The notes: a model not told the origin generated them from the sequence alone. A stretch of 47,784 nt of DNA from a virus (IMGVR_UViG_3300049139_000048:1-47784); one strand, 5' to 3'; numbered from the stretch's first letter, positions 9,915-20,131 are shown. Translations and numbers: made by a program.

Positions 9915-10312
9915 CGGCGCCGCCGGTCGCGATGCCCGACGCGGTCGCGGTCACGATCGGCTATCTGCGGGCCGCCCTGGTCGCCCGCGGCGACAACGTG
10001 CCGATCGGTACCCGGGTGCCGTCGCCGCGCCCGGCCCGGTTCGTGCGGGTCGAGCGGATCGGCGGGCCGGCCGACTCGATCGTGACGGACCGGCCCCGGC
10101 TCGATGTGCACTGCTGGGGTGCTGATGAGGGCGCCGCGCACGACCTGATGCGGGTGTGCCGGGCGCTGCTCGGCGCGGCCCGCGGGTCGTACGGCGGGAC
10201 GACCCTCGCCCGGCCGGTGACCGGCGGCCCGATCTTCATGCCTGACGCCGAGACCGGTAGTGCGCGGTACGCGTTCACGCTCGATATCACGATGAGAGGA
10301 CAACCCCTATGA
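9911..10312 (+). CDS. Tail terminator
   Basis: RFVRVERIGG...DRPRLDVHCW...RYAFT. Confidence 0.8.
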   Translation: MTAPPVAMPDAVAVTIGYLRAALVARGDNVPIGTRVPSPRPARFVRVERIGGPADSIVTDRPRLDVHCWGADEGAAHDLMRVCRALLGAARGSYGGTTLARPVTGGPIFMPDAETGSARYAFTLDITMRGQPL

Positions 10313-10515
10313 GGGTGACGTTCGCCTATCCGCACACGGCTGCGGACGGCACGAACTACAAGGTCGACGACACGGCCGACCTCGACGACGACGTCGCTCG
10401 GCAGCTCGTCAAGGACGGGCACGCCCGACCGGCCGACAGTAAGACGACCCGCGCGCAGTCCAAGACCACCACCACGACCGGTGGCCGGTCCGACGCGAAG
10501 GGAAGTGACAGCTGA
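10309..10515 (+). CDS. Small hypothetical protein
   Basis: Overlapping start/stop coupling on both sides; 68 aa. Confidence 0.65.
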   Translation: MRVTFAYPHTAADGTNYKVDDTADLDDDVARQLVKDGHARPADSKTTRAQSKTTTTTGGRSDAKGSDS

Positions 10516-11075
10516 TGGCCGGCGACACCGATAACCCGAGGCTGTGGACAGGGGCCGATTTCTACGCGGCACCGGTGGGGACGGCCGCCCCGACCGACGT
10601 CGCGACGACGCTCGCCGCCGCGTGGCTCGCGGTCGGCCTGCTGTCCGAGGACGGCGCGAGCGAATCGCGCGATCAGGACTCGACCGATCACTACGCGTGG
10701 GGCGGGAAGCTCGTGCGCACGACCAGGTCGAAGCACAAAAGGCAGATCAAGGTCACCTGCCTTGAAGACAACCTGGTCGTGTTCGGGCTCGTCAACCCCG
10801 GCTCGACGGCGACGACGACGGGTGGCGTGACGACCCGCGTCATCAAGGTTCCGAAGCAGGACCCGCGGGCGTTCCTGCTCGAGCTGCGCGACGGAGACAT
10901 CACAAAGCGCCGCGTGATCCCGAAGGGTGAGGTCGACAGCGTCGCCGAGACGACGATGTCAGACAGCGAACTCACGGCGTACGAGCTGACGATGACGATC
11001 TACCCGGCCGCCGACGACACGCTGTACTTCGACATCACCGACGACCCGCAGGCCGAGGTGCCGGTCGGTCCCTGA
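10515..11075 (+). CDS. Major tail protein
   Basis: APVGTAAP, GLLSEDG, AWGG.LVR, ELTAYELT.TIYP. Confidence 0.9.
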   Translation: MAGDTDNPRLWTGADFYAAPVGTAAPTDVATTLAAAWLAVGLLSEDGASESRDQDSTDHYAWGGKLVRTTRSKHKRQIKVTCLEDNLVVFGLVNPGSTATTTGGVTTRVIKVPKQDPRAFLLELRDGDITKRRVIPKGEVDSVAETTMSDSELTAYELTMTIYPAADDTLYFDITDDPQAEVPVGP

Positions 11076-11103
11076 CGGCCCCCACTCGGGTCGTCTCTCA
11101 ACT

Positions 11104-11188
11104 GGCGGGCGGCCCGATCTGCGCGGGTCCGGGCCGCCCGTCTCTCTCCTGCCTGATGACCCGCGCGCGCACGAATGGAGACCCGCGC
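11104..11188 (+). promoter_or_regulatory. 13-bp hairpin whose loop is complementary to two downstream GACCCGCGC copies (pseudoknot-capable leader)
   Basis: Stem 11104-11116/11130-11142; loop GCGCGGGTC 11121-11129; GACCCGCGC at 11158-11166 and 11180-11188. Confidence 0.55.
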
Positions 11189-11190
11189 TC

Positions 11191-11547
11191 ATGACCAACA
11201 CAACGACGAAGAAGCCCGCCACACGCCGGCCGGACGACAGCCCGTTCGACTTCAATCTCGATGCGGTGCAGTCCGAGGTCGAACTGCGCCCGTTCGTGTT
11301 CCAGTACGCCGGCCGCCGGTGGACGATGCAGCACCTGCAGGCGCTGAACATCATGCCGTTGATGGCCGCGGCGCAGTCCGGCGACGCCGCGGCGATGATC
11401 GGCGCGTTCCGTGAGGCGCTCGGCGACGACTGGACAGAGTTCGAGAAAGTCGGGCTGCCGCAGTACAAGCTGCAGCCGCTTTTCGACGCGTACAGCGCGC
11501 ACTGCGGCACCGCGCCGGGGGAATCGCCGGCCTCGTCGGACTCCTGA
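11191..11547 (+). CDS. Tail assembly chaperone (short form)
   Basis: Follows major tail gene; GGAG RBS; slippery GGGGGAA near 3' end. Confidence 0.85.
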   Translation: MTNTTTKKPATRRPDDSPFDFNLDAVQSEVELRPFVFQYAGRRWTMQHLQALNIMPLMAAAQSGDAAAMIGAFREALGDDWTEFEKVGLPQYKLQPLFDAYSAHCGTAPGESPASSDS

Positions 11548-11951
11548 GAGAGCACGGCGAGGCGGTCGAGGCCGACCTGCGCGATCACTACGGCGTGCGA
11601 CTCGGGGACCTGTTCGCCCGCGACGCTGCGGGGCGCAGCCTGCTCACGTGGCGGGAGCTCGCGGTGTACGTGCGGCAGCTGCCCCGCGACTGCCGCACCC
11701 GGGTCGCGCTCGGCGACACCGACGGGATGTGGGGGCTCGCCGAGCACCTGCTCGCGATGAACCTCGACGCCGCCCGGGTCGCCAACTGGCAGCGCGCAAA
11801 CGCGGGTTTGAAGTCGCACGAGCAGAGCGAGCCGCCCGAGCCGACCGAGCGGCCCGGCGTGAAGCGGAAGAAGAAGATCACGGCGGCCGAGCTGCTCGCG
11901 CACCGCGAGCGGACACGAGCCCACGCACCACGCGCGGTCACGGCTGCCTGA
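11517..11951 (+). CDS. Tail assembly chaperone C-terminal extension via -1 programmed frameshift
   Basis: CCG GGG GAA at 11515-11523; -1 frame open (GIAGLVGLLREHGEAVEADLRDHYG...) to 11951. Confidence 0.85.
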   Translation, partial: GGIAGLVGLLREHGEAVEADLRDHYGVRLGDLFARDAAGRSLLTWRELAVYVRQLPRDCRTRVALGDTDGMWGLAEHLLAMNLDAARVANWQRANAGLKSHEQSEPPEPTERPGVKRKKKITAAELLAHRERTRAHAPRAVTAA

Positions 11952-11987
11952 GCCGTGCGCCGCCCACACCGGAGGGGAGGGCGGCGC

Positions 11988-14900
11988 ATGGCTGCTGTCG
12001 AGGTCGGCGTCGGATACGTGTCGGTCGTGCCGTCGGCTCGCGGTTTCGCCGACGAGCTGCAGCGGCAGATCGGCGGCGCGACCGTCACCGTCGGCGCACG
12101 AGTCGGTGAGGACTCGGGGCAGGCCGCGAGCCGCAGCATGCTCGCCACGCTCGGTGCCGGGCTCAAGGCCGGGTTGGCGGGCGTCGCGGTCGCTGGCGCT
12201 GCTCTGTTCACCGCAGCGTTCGTGCAGGCGGTCGAGCAGAGCAAGAGCAACGCGAAATTGGCGGCGCAGCTCGGGCTCGACCCGAAGCAGCAGCAGCGGC
12301 TCGGGAAGATCGCAGGCTCGGTCTACTCCAAGGGGTACGGCGAGTCGATCGATCAGGTCAACGACAGCCTGCGGACCCTGGCGCAGAACGGCGTGATCGC
12401 GGTCAACGCACCGCGTAAGGACGTCGAGTCGCTCACGAAATCGGCGCTCAATCTGGCCGAGGCGTTCGACGTCGAGGTCGGCGACGCAGCGCGGGCGGCC
12501 GGTCAGTTGATCCGTACCGGGATGGTGAAGGACTCCCGCGAGGCGTTCGACCTGATCACCCGAGGGTTCCAGGAAGGCGCCGACAAGGGCGGCGACTTCA
12601 TCGACACCCTGAACGAGTACAGCACGCAGTTCAGGAAGGCCGGGCTCGACGGCGCGTCTGCGGTCGGTCTGATCTCGCAGGCGATTCGGGCCGGTGCGCG
12701 CGACAGTGACATCGCCGCCGACGCGATCAAAGAGTTCTCGATCCGGGCTGTCGACGGATCGACCCTGTCCGCCGACGGGTTCAAAGCGCTCGGGCTCAAC
12801 GCCGTAACCATGGGCCAGCAGTTCGCGAAGGGCGGCAGCGCGGCGAACACCGTGCTCGACACCACCCTCGACAAGCTGCGCGGAGTGAAGGATCCCGTGC
12901 AGCAGTCGCAGATCGCGGTCGCGCTGTTCGGCACGCAGGCCGAGGACCTCGGCGCGGCCCTGTTCGCCATGGACCCGACGACGGCGGTCGGCGCGCTCGG
13001 CAAGGTGGGCGGCGCCGCCGACGATATGGGCAAGGCGCTGCACGGCAACGCGGGTGCGTCGATCGAGACGTTCAAACGGCAGATCATGCAAGGGCTGTCC
13101 GACTTCATCACCCGCGAGGTGCTGCCGGCGCTCGTCTCGTTCGGGCAGTTCCTGAATACGTACGTGCTGCCGGCCGCGCGCACCGTCGGCGGGATCCTCG
13201 CCGCGGTCCTGGTCCCGGCGGTCGAGGGGGTCGCGGCGGCGTTCCTCGGCGGGATCCAGTGGCTGCGCGAGTACGGGGCGTGGCTGATCCCCCTCGGTGT
13301 CGCGGTCGGCGGTCTAGCGCTCACGATGGGCGCCTCGGCGATCGCGACCGGCGCGGCGACGCTCACGTTCTCGGTCTATCGCGGGGTGATCCTCGCGGCG
13401 GCCGCGGTCACGCGCGGGTACGCGATCGCGCAGGGAATCCTGAACGCGGTCATGACGGCGAACCCGATCGGCCTGATCATCACCGGTATCGCGGCGCTCG
13501 TCGCGCTGCTCGTCGTCGCCTACAACAAGTCGGACACGTTCCGCGGGATCGTGCAGGCGGCGTGGGCGGGCATCAAGGCCGGTTGGGACCTGCTCTGGAC
13601 CAACGCACTGAAGCCCGGGTTCGACGCTCTCGTGATCGCTCTGCAGGCGATCGGCACGGCGGCGTCGTGGCTGTGGAACACGATCCTGTCGCCCGTGTTC
13701 TCGTTCATCGGCACCGCGGCGAAGGTGCTGTTCGCGATCGTCGCCGTCGCGGTGATCGCCCCGCTCGTGATCGCTTTTCAGGCGCTCGGCGGTATCGCCG
13801 GGTGGCTGTGGGATGTGGCGATTAAGCCTGCGTTCGACGCGATCGGCGCGGCAGCGATGCTGCTCTGGACGGTCTTTGTGAAGCCTGCGTTCGACAACGT
13901 GATGGTGATCATCAACGGTGTGGGCTCTGTCATCTCGTGGCTGTGGAACAGCATTGTGTCGCCCGTGTTCGGATGGATCGGCGACAAGGCGAAGAACCTT
14001 TGGGCGAACTGGATCAAGCCTGCGTTCGATTCCTTCAAACTCGGGCTGCAGATCCTCGGCGACAAGGGCCGGTGGCTGTGGGACACGGTCATTTCGCCCG
14101 TGTTCTCGTGGATCGGCGACAAGGCCGGATGGCTCTACAACAAGGCGATCCGGCCGGCGTTCGACAACGTCAAGAAAGCCGTGTCCCTGGTTGGCGACGC
14201 GTTCGAGGTCGCGAAGGACGCGATCGGTAAGGCGTGGGACAAGGTCTCCGGCATCGCAAAGAAGCCGGTGAACTTCATCATCGAGTGGGTCTACACCAAG
14301 GGCATCAAGGCGGTGTGGGACAAGGTCGCCGGGTTCGTCGGACTCGGGAAGCTGCCCGCTGCGCCGAAGATGCTCGAAGCAGGCGGCACCGTCGGCGACG
14401 GGTGGGGGCCGGCCGCGCCGATGAAGGTCAACCGGCCGACCGCGATTGTCGGCGAGGGCAACCCGGCTCATCCCGAGTTCGTCATTCCGACGGACCCGAA
14501 GTACCGTCAGCGGGCGCTCGCGCTGCACGCCGCGGCGGGTACAAAGCTCATGGCAGACGGCGGGGTCCTCGGCGGGATCGGCGACTGGCTTTCCGGCGCG
14601 GCGCAGAAGGTCGGCGGGGTCGTCATGGACGGGATCGACTTCCTGTCGGACCCGGGCGCCATGTGGCAGAAGGCAACGGCGTTCATCCGCGACAAGGTCA
14701 AGGAAATCGGCGCGTCGTCGTGGGCGCAGACCCTCGCGCGGGTGCCGGGCAAGATGCTCGGCGGGTTGAAAGACAAGATCGTGGCGGCGGCGACGTCGTT
14801 GTTCGGCGGCGGCGACGAAGGCGGCGGCGCATGGCGGCGGCCCGTGTCGGCGTCGCTCGGCACCCGCTACGGCGTCCGCGGCAACATGTGGAGCAGCGGG

Positions 14901-15500
14901 TATCACACCGGGACCGACTTCCCCGCCGCGACCGGCACCGCGGTCCGCGCGGCGGCGAACGGCGTCGTGAGTTCGGCGCGGTCGGGCGGCCCGTACGGCA
15001 ATCACATCATGATCAGTCACGGCGCGCTGTCGTCGATGTATGCGCACCTCTCGAGCATGGCGGTCAGGGCAGGGCAGCGGGTGCTCGCCGGGATGCGGAT
15101 CGGCGCTGTCGGCGCGACCGGCAACACCACCGGCCCGCACCTGCACTTCGAGGCGCGGCGGCGCGGCGCCACGATCAACCCCGAGCCGCTGCTCGGCTAC
15201 GACTCGGGCGGGTGGCTACAGCGCGGTTTCACCCCGGTACTCAACAAGACCGGGCAGCCGGAAGCGGTTCTGACGCCCCGGCAGTGGACGGTCGCGCAGG
15301 CCGCGATCGGCCGGGCGGTCGCCGCGGCCGCGCCGTCGGCGGCGTCTGGCGGGGCCGGCGGCGGGCTGCAGCCGGGCGACCGGCTCGCGCTGCGGATCGG
15401 TGCCCGCGAGTTCGAGGGATACGTCGAGGAACTCGCCGAGGGCGTCGTCGAGGACACGTTCGTGCCCGTAGCGCGGGCTATCTCTGGCAGAAGGGGGTGA
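11988..15500 (+). CDS. Tape measure protein with C-terminal M23 peptidase domain
   Basis: EVGVGYVSVVPS start; Ala/Gly-rich with W/F-periodic repeats; HTGTDF...YAHL...GPHLHFE M23 motifs. Confidence 0.95.
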   Translation: MAAVEVGVGYVSVVPSARGFADELQRQIGGATVTVGARVGEDSGQAASRSMLATLGAGLKAGLAGVAVAGAALFTAAFVQAVEQSKSNAKLAAQLGLDPKQQQRLGKIAGSVYSKGYGESIDQVNDSLRTLAQNGVIAVNAPRKDVESLTKSALNLAEAFDVEVGDAARAAGQLIRTGMVKDSREAFDLITRGFQEGADKGGDFIDTLNEYSTQFRKAGLDGASAVGLISQAIRAGARDSDIAADAIKEFSIRAVDGSTLSADGFKALGLNAVTMGQQFAKGGSAANTVLDTTLDKLRGVKDPVQQSQIAVALFGTQAEDLGAALFAMDPTTAVGALGKVGGAADDMGKALHGNAGASIETFKRQIMQGLSDFITREVLPALVSFGQFLNTYVLPAARTVGGILAAVLVPAVEGVAAAFLGGIQWLREYGAWLIPLGVAVGGLALTMGASAIATGAATLTFSVYRGVILAAAAVTRGYAIAQGILNAVMTANPIGLIITGIAALVALLVVAYNKSDTFRGIVQAAWAGIKAGWDLLWTNALKPGFDALVIALQAIGTAASWLWNTILSPVFSFIGTAAKVLFAIVAVAVIAPLVIAFQALGGIAGWLWDVAIKPAFDAIGAAAMLLWTVFVKPAFDNVMVIINGVGSVISWLWNSIVSPVFGWIGDKAKNLWANWIKPAFDSFKLGLQILGDKGRWLWDTVISPVFSWIGDKAGWLYNKAIRPAFDNVKKAVSLVGDAFEVAKDAIGKAWDKVSGIAKKPVNFIIEWVYTKGIKAVWDKVAGFVGLGKLPAAPKMLEAGGTVGDGWGPAAPMKVNRPTAIVGEGNPAHPEFVIPTDPKYRQRALALHAAAGTKLMADGGVLGGIGDWLSGAAQKVGGVVMDGIDFLSDPGAMWQKATAFIRDKVKEIGASSWAQTLARVPGKMLGGLKDKIVAAATSLFGGGDEGGGAWRRPVSASLGTRYGVRGNMWSSGYHTGTDFPAATGTAVRAAANGVVSSARSGGPYGNHIMISHGALSSMYAHLSSMAVRAGQRVLAGMRIGAVGATGNTTGPHLHFEARRRGATINPEPLLGYDSGGWLQRGFTPVLNKTGQPEAVLTPRQWTVAQAAIGRAVAAAAPSAASGGAGGGLQPGDRLALRIGAREFEGYVEELAEGVVEDTFVPVARAISGRRG

Positions 15501-15506
15501 TGTGCG

Positions 15507-17747
15507 GTGCCGATCCCCGGCAACCTGCTCAGCCCGACGACTGAGAGCGTCGACCCGAATACCTCGGGATGGACGCCGAAGCTGAACTGCACGTTGGTCG
15601 TCGGCGTCAACGGCCGTAACGGCAATGGCTGCCTCGGCGTCAAATCGGTCGCTGCGGGCGAGATGCAGGCCCGGACCGTCGCCGCGTATCCGGTGTCCTC
15701 GGGCACCGAGTACGCGGCGTTCGCCGACGCCGGCGGCCCGGTCGCCGAGCGGATCGGGATCCGGTGGCTCACAGCCGACTCGGCCGAGATCAGCATCACC
15801 TGGTCGGTCACCACCGCGGCGGCGTCGGCGTCGTGGCACAGGATCGCCGTCGCCGGTATCGCCCCGACCGGGGCGACGCAGGCGCAGGTCGTCCTGTCGT
15901 CGATGACGCCGGCCGCCGCGGCGGTAACCCACTTCTTCGAGAACGTGTATCTCGGGCAGCCGATCAGGACCGTCGGCAACCTGTTGACGTTCAACGCGGA
16001 GCAGCTCGAGCGGGACGCGTCGTCCTGGGCGGTCGAGACGAACGCGACAGTGTCGCGGATCGTGCCCGTCGCGTCGTGGCCGGTCGACTACTACCTCGCG
16101 GGCGGGCACATGCTCGCGATGCAGGTGACAGCCGGCGGCAATGCGTCCGTACGGACGACCGAGCAGCCGGCCGCGACACCCGGGACCGAGTACGTCGGCT
16201 ACTGCTACCTGTCGCCGCCGACGTCCGGCTCGTCGGCGTGGGTCGAACTGCGGTTCTACGACGCAGCGCACGCGCAGATCGGATCGGCCACCCGCGCGGT
16301 GCTCGCCGCGCCGGGAACGGGCGTGTACCGGCAGAAAGTGTCAGCGATCGCGCCGGCCGGGACCGCGCACGTCGACCTCGCCGCGGGGCTCACAGCGGGC
16401 ACGGCCGGGCAGATCCTGCGCATCGACGGCGCCGTGATCACCGTGGCCGGACGGGGCCGCGAGGGGAACGTCGTCCCCTACGCCGACAGCAGTTTCGAGC
16501 AGGGCATCGCCGGTTGGACTGTCGCGTCAGGTGTCGCCACGCTCGCCCGGCTCACCCCGTGGGGTACCGACGGGCTCGACGGCTCGTACGCGATGACCGT
16601 CACCTCGGCGACCGCGTCGACCTCGGTCATCCGCTCGGCCAAGCTCCCGATCGGGGCCGCCGCCGGGTTCGACTTCACAGCCGAGGTCGGCGTGCGCGTG
16701 ACCGCGGGCGCGTGGACCTTGACGCGCGCGATCCGCTGGTACGACGCCGGCGGCGCCGAGGTAGGCGTGACGAGCGGCACCGCAGCACCCATTCCCACCC
16801 CGAATTGGTGGCGGCTGAGCGTCAACGGCTCGGCGCCGGCCGGTGCGACGCAGGCGGCGATCGAGTGGACGCTCGCCGCGACGTCGGCGTCGTCGGTGCT
16901 GCGGATGGACGCCGCCTATCTGTGGAAGTCGTTGCCGATCGTCGAGGTGACGCCGCACGATGACGACGCGTACGTGTCGCTGATCCTGCGCGAGTTGACC
17001 GTCGGCGACTACGTCACCGTGTGGCGGATCACGCCCGACGGGCAGCGCACGCTCGTGCGCGGCGCGAACGGTCTGATCGACGGCGATCTGCTCACCTCCG
17101 ATGTCCTGGTCGTCGAGGACTATGAGGCGCCCCTCGGTGTCGGGGTCTCCTACTACGCGGAGGCGCGCGACGTCGACGGCGTGCTGTGGGCGACCCGTTC
17201 CACGCCGCCGGTCACGATCGACCCCGGCGACCCGCTGCTGTGTTGGCTCAAAGATCCGGGCTCGCCGCAGCGCAACACCCGCGCGATGGTCGCGACCCCG
17301 CCCGAGTGGTCGAGGCCGATCGAGCGGGCCGTGTACCGGGTCAAGGGCCGGTCGCGGCCGGTGGTGCGCTCGGGTGTCCGCGGGGACTATGAGGGTTCGC
17401 TCGTCGTGTGGACCCGGTCGGACGCCGAGGCGGACGCGATGAACTGGGTTCTCGACTCGGGCAATGTGTTGCTGCTGCAGTTCGCGCCCGGGTTCCACGA
17501 ATCGGACCGGTACGTTTCCGTCGGCGACGTGCCCCTGCCTCGGCTCGTGCCGGACGGCGAGGAAGAGTGGCGGGCGTGGACGCTGCCGCTGACGACGGTC
17601 GACATGCCGGTGACCGTCGGCGTCGCCGGATCGGCCGGCCGCACGTGGCAGGACATCCTGACCGAGTTCGCAACGTGGCAGGACGTCCTCGACGCGTACG
17701 ACACGTGGGAAGATGTTCTGTTGAACCGAAGGCGGTCGGATGTATAG
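15507..17747 (+). CDS. Minor tail protein (repeated carbohydrate-binding-like modules plus distal-tail-like domain)
   Basis: Three repeats of GNLL...E...W...I.W.D...APAGATQA; DYEAPLG; follows TMP. Confidence 0.8.
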   Translation: MPIPGNLLSPTTESVDPNTSGWTPKLNCTLVVGVNGRNGNGCLGVKSVAAGEMQARTVAAYPVSSGTEYAAFADAGGPVAERIGIRWLTADSAEISITWSVTTAAASASWHRIAVAGIAPTGATQAQVVLSSMTPAAAAVTHFFENVYLGQPIRTVGNLLTFNAEQLERDASSWAVETNATVSRIVPVASWPVDYYLAGGHMLAMQVTAGGNASVRTTEQPAATPGTEYVGYCYLSPPTSGSSAWVELRFYDAAHAQIGSATRAVLAAPGTGVYRQKVSAIAPAGTAHVDLAAGLTAGTAGQILRIDGAVITVAGRGREGNVVPYADSSFEQGIAGWTVASGVATLARLTPWGTDGLDGSYAMTVTSATASTSVIRSAKLPIGAAAGFDFTAEVGVRVTAGAWTLTRAIRWYDAGGAEVGVTSGTAAPIPTPNWWRLSVNGSAPAGATQAAIEWTLAATSASSVLRMDAAYLWKSLPIVEVTPHDDDAYVSLILRELTVGDYVTVWRITPDGQRTLVRGANGLIDGDLLTSDVLVVEDYEAPLGVGVSYYAEARDVDGVLWATRSTPPVTIDPGDPLLCWLKDPGSPQRNTRAMVATPPEWSRPIERAVYRVKGRSRPVVRSGVRGDYEGSLVVWTRSDAEADAMNWVLDSGNVLLLQFAPGFHESDRYVSVGDVPLPRLVPDGEEEWRAWTLPLTTVDMPVTVGVAGSAGRTWQDILTEFATWQDVLDAYDTWEDVLLNRRRSDV

Positions 17748-18828
17748 CGCGACGCCCCGGTTCTTCGCGACGCTCGCCGAGTCGTACACCCCTGTGACTG
17801 AAGTGCAGCTCTTTCGCACCGACGGCAGTGTCGACACGCTCGAGCACACCGGCGGAACGGTCAACGTCGACCGGTCACAGCAGTGCCGGCGAACCTGCTC
17901 GGTCACCGCGCCCGACCCGGGCATCATCCCGCGCACCGCGGCCGACAAGATGTCCGTGTACGGGGCGCAGCTGCGGATCAGCAGCGGCGTACAGATCGGC
18001 TCGTACCGGGAGCTCGTACCGGTGGGGCAGTTCCGGATCGACAACATCGACGGCGACGTCGACGACGGCCCGGCCGTGATCACCGGGCAGTCTCTCGAAT
18101 GCATCGTCGCCGACGACAAGTTCACCGCCCCGTACCGGGCATCCGGCACGGCAGTGAGCGCGATCACGGCGCTGATCCAGCGCAGCATCCCGGATGCGGC
18201 GGTCATCGTCGCGGCGACCGACGCGGCGATCGGCCCGCGAACGTACGACGTCGGCGACGATCCGTGGGAGGCGGTCATCGAGATCGCCGCGACGATCGGC
18301 GCTGAGGTGTACTGCGACGCCGGCGGCTCGTTCGTGATCGCCGAGCTGCCCAACCTGCTCACCGCCACCCCGGCATGGACGATCGCGGCGGGCGAGCACG
18401 GCGTGTATCTGTCGGCGACCCGCGGCATGTCGAGCAAGGGCGTACACAACGGGGTCGTTGTGCGGGGCGAGAACCCGGAGACCGGCGTCAGCACCGGGGC
18501 CGTGCTCGTCGTCGACGACGACCCGAACTCGCCGACCTACTGGGGCGGCCGGTTCGGGCGCCGGCCGACGTTCCACACCTCGCCGACGCTGACGACGACG
18601 GGGCAGTGCCTCGCCGCCGGGACGCTGCTGCTGCGGGCCGCCATGGCGCCGAACGCGGTCGCGAACCTGAAAGCGCTCGTGAACCCGGCATTGGAGGCGG
18701 GCGACGTGCTGCGGGTCGTGTACCCGTCCGGCCCGGCCGACCTAGTGCAAGTGGCTGCTTTCCCGATCGACCTCGGCATCGGCGGAGATTTCGTGGTGCA
18801 GGCGATCAGCGCGAAGGAGGGAACGTGA
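17740..18828 (+). CDS. Minor tail / baseplate hub protein (DUF5047-like)
   Basis: VDRSQQCRRTC, DDDPNSPTYWGG.FGRRP, NPALEAGDV. Confidence 0.75.
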   Translation: MYSATPRFFATLAESYTPVTEVQLFRTDGSVDTLEHTGGTVNVDRSQQCRRTCSVTAPDPGIIPRTAADKMSVYGAQLRISSGVQIGSYRELVPVGQFRIDNIDGDVDDGPAVITGQSLECIVADDKFTAPYRASGTAVSAITALIQRSIPDAAVIVAATDAAIGPRTYDVGDDPWEAVIEIAATIGAEVYCDAGGSFVIAELPNLLTATPAWTIAAGEHGVYLSATRGMSSKGVHNGVVVRGENPETGVSTGAVLVVDDDPNSPTYWGGRFGRRPTFHTSPTLTTTGQCLAAGTLLLRAAMAPNAVANLKALVNPALEAGDVLRVVYPSGPADLVQVAAFPIDLGIGGDFVVQAISAKEGT

Positions 18829-19436
18829 GGGCGGCGACGGTGCGGATCGCGTCGGAGATGTCTGCCGCGGTGCGCGAGCAGGCGGTGCAGGCCGGGCAGA
18901 GCACGCCCGCTGTGCGTGCCGACTGGCGGCTCGCGCAGGTCGACACCGTCGGCGCGGCCGGCACGGTGACGACGACCGACGGGATCATCGCCCGGCGCAT
19001 GGAGTCGTACCAGTACCCGGCAGTCGGCGACACGATCCGCGTGCAGCAGTCGAGCGCCGGTTCGTGGGTGACCGACGGCCGGCTCGGCGACGGGTCGGGC
19101 GGGTGGACTGCTATCAGCCTGTCGGCCGGGTGGACGTGGAACACGGGCTACTACGAGCCGGCCGTGATGGTGCACGGCGACGGGACCGCGTCACTGTGCG
19201 GGCTCGCGCAGATGTCCGGCACGCTCGCGGCGGGCGCCGTCGTGGCGACCCTGCCGGCCGGTGCGATCCCGCAGAAACAGATCCGCAAAGCGGTGCAAGT
19301 GGCTGTCGGGTTCTTCGGCGTGATGACGCTACTCACGAACGGGCAAGTGCAGCTCGGCGACTTCAGCGGCACGCTCGCGACGACCGGCAACAAGTACGCC
19401 GAGTACGACGTCATGTCGCGCTATCGGCTCCGCTGA
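18825..19436 (+). CDS. Minor tail protein
   Basis: GTGA overlap; DWRLAQV...RRMESY.YP.VGD; C-terminal fibre-like TLPAG..P. Confidence 0.7.
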   Translation: MRAATVRIASEMSAAVREQAVQAGQSTPAVRADWRLAQVDTVGAAGTVTTTDGIIARRMESYQYPAVGDTIRVQQSSAGSWVTDGRLGDGSGGWTAISLSAGWTWNTGYYEPAVMVHGDGTASLCGLAQMSGTLAAGAVVATLPAGAIPQKQIRKAVQVAVGFFGVMTLLTNGQVQLGDFSGTLATTGNKYAEYDVMSRYRLR

Positions 19437-19451
19437 CAGGAAGGGGGCCGT

Positions 19452-20093
19452 ATGGCCACCGACAAATTCGGGCAGGCGATCACGCTCCCGGCACTCACCG
19501 ATCAACCGTCGATCGCCGTCGTGCAGGCAGCGCTCGAACTGATCCTCGGCAAGGCGGTGCTCAGCTTCGCCTCGGCGGCCGGCCGTAACGCCACGATCCC
19601 GGCGCCCGTCGAGGGTCAGCTCGCATGGCTGCAGGACAGCAACTCGTTCACGCAGTACAACGGCACCGCGTGGGTGCCGGTCCTGAACGGCGGCACGTGG
19701 ACGGCGTATACCCCGGCGTGGACAGGGTCCGTGACGAACCCGGTTCTCGGCGGCGGCGAACTGCTCGGCAGGTACACGCAGGTCGGGAAGATGGTGGATT
19801 TCGCGATCAAGCTGACGATGGCGAGTAACACGACGTACGGGTCCGGGGCATGGTCGATGTCCCTGCCCGTACCTGCAGCGTCCAATATCGACATGCTCGG
19901 GAAGGTCATGGTCGGCGACGCGTCCGGGACGAACCTCTACAGCATGGGCGTTGCCTACATTCCCGACGGCGGCACGACGGTGAGCATGTACGCCGGCGGC
20001 AAGGGCGACGGCAGCCTGCTCACGGCTACGCACCCGCAGGCGTGGGCGACCGGTGACCGTCTGTGGGTCACGGGCCGCTACGAAGCTGCCTGA
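19452..20093 (+). CDS. Minor tail / tail fibre protein
   Basis: FAS...RNATIPAPVEG..AWL; WTAYTPAW; GRY.QVGK; ends YEAA. Confidence 0.75.
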   Translation: MATDKFGQAITLPALTDQPSIAVVQAALELILGKAVLSFASAAGRNATIPAPVEGQLAWLQDSNSFTQYNGTAWVPVLNGGTWTAYTPAWTGSVTNPVLGGGELLGRYTQVGKMVDFAIKLTMASNTTYGSGAWSMSLPVPAASNIDMLGKVMVGDASGTNLYSMGVAYIPDGGTTVSMYAGGKGDGSLLTATHPQAWATGDRLWVTGRYEAA

Positions 20094-20111
20094 TCTTCCC
20101 GCCCAACTTCC

Positions 20112-20131
20112 GCCCCGCGAGGGGCCTTTTT
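20112..20131 (+). terminator. Putative intrinsic terminator between tail and lysis genes
   Basis: GCCCC-GCGA-GGGGC followed by CTTTTT. Confidence 0.5.

Noticed and set aside
13560-14330. Repeated AAGCCTGCGTTCGA and GATCGGCGACAAGG segments
   Set aside because: They encode the normal W/F periodic repeats of the tape measure
6572-18494. Very long minus-strand ORFs (6572-8464, 10959-13091, 13314-15146, 16527-18494)
   Set aside because: Stop-poor antisense frames expected at high GC, opposite well-supported structural genes
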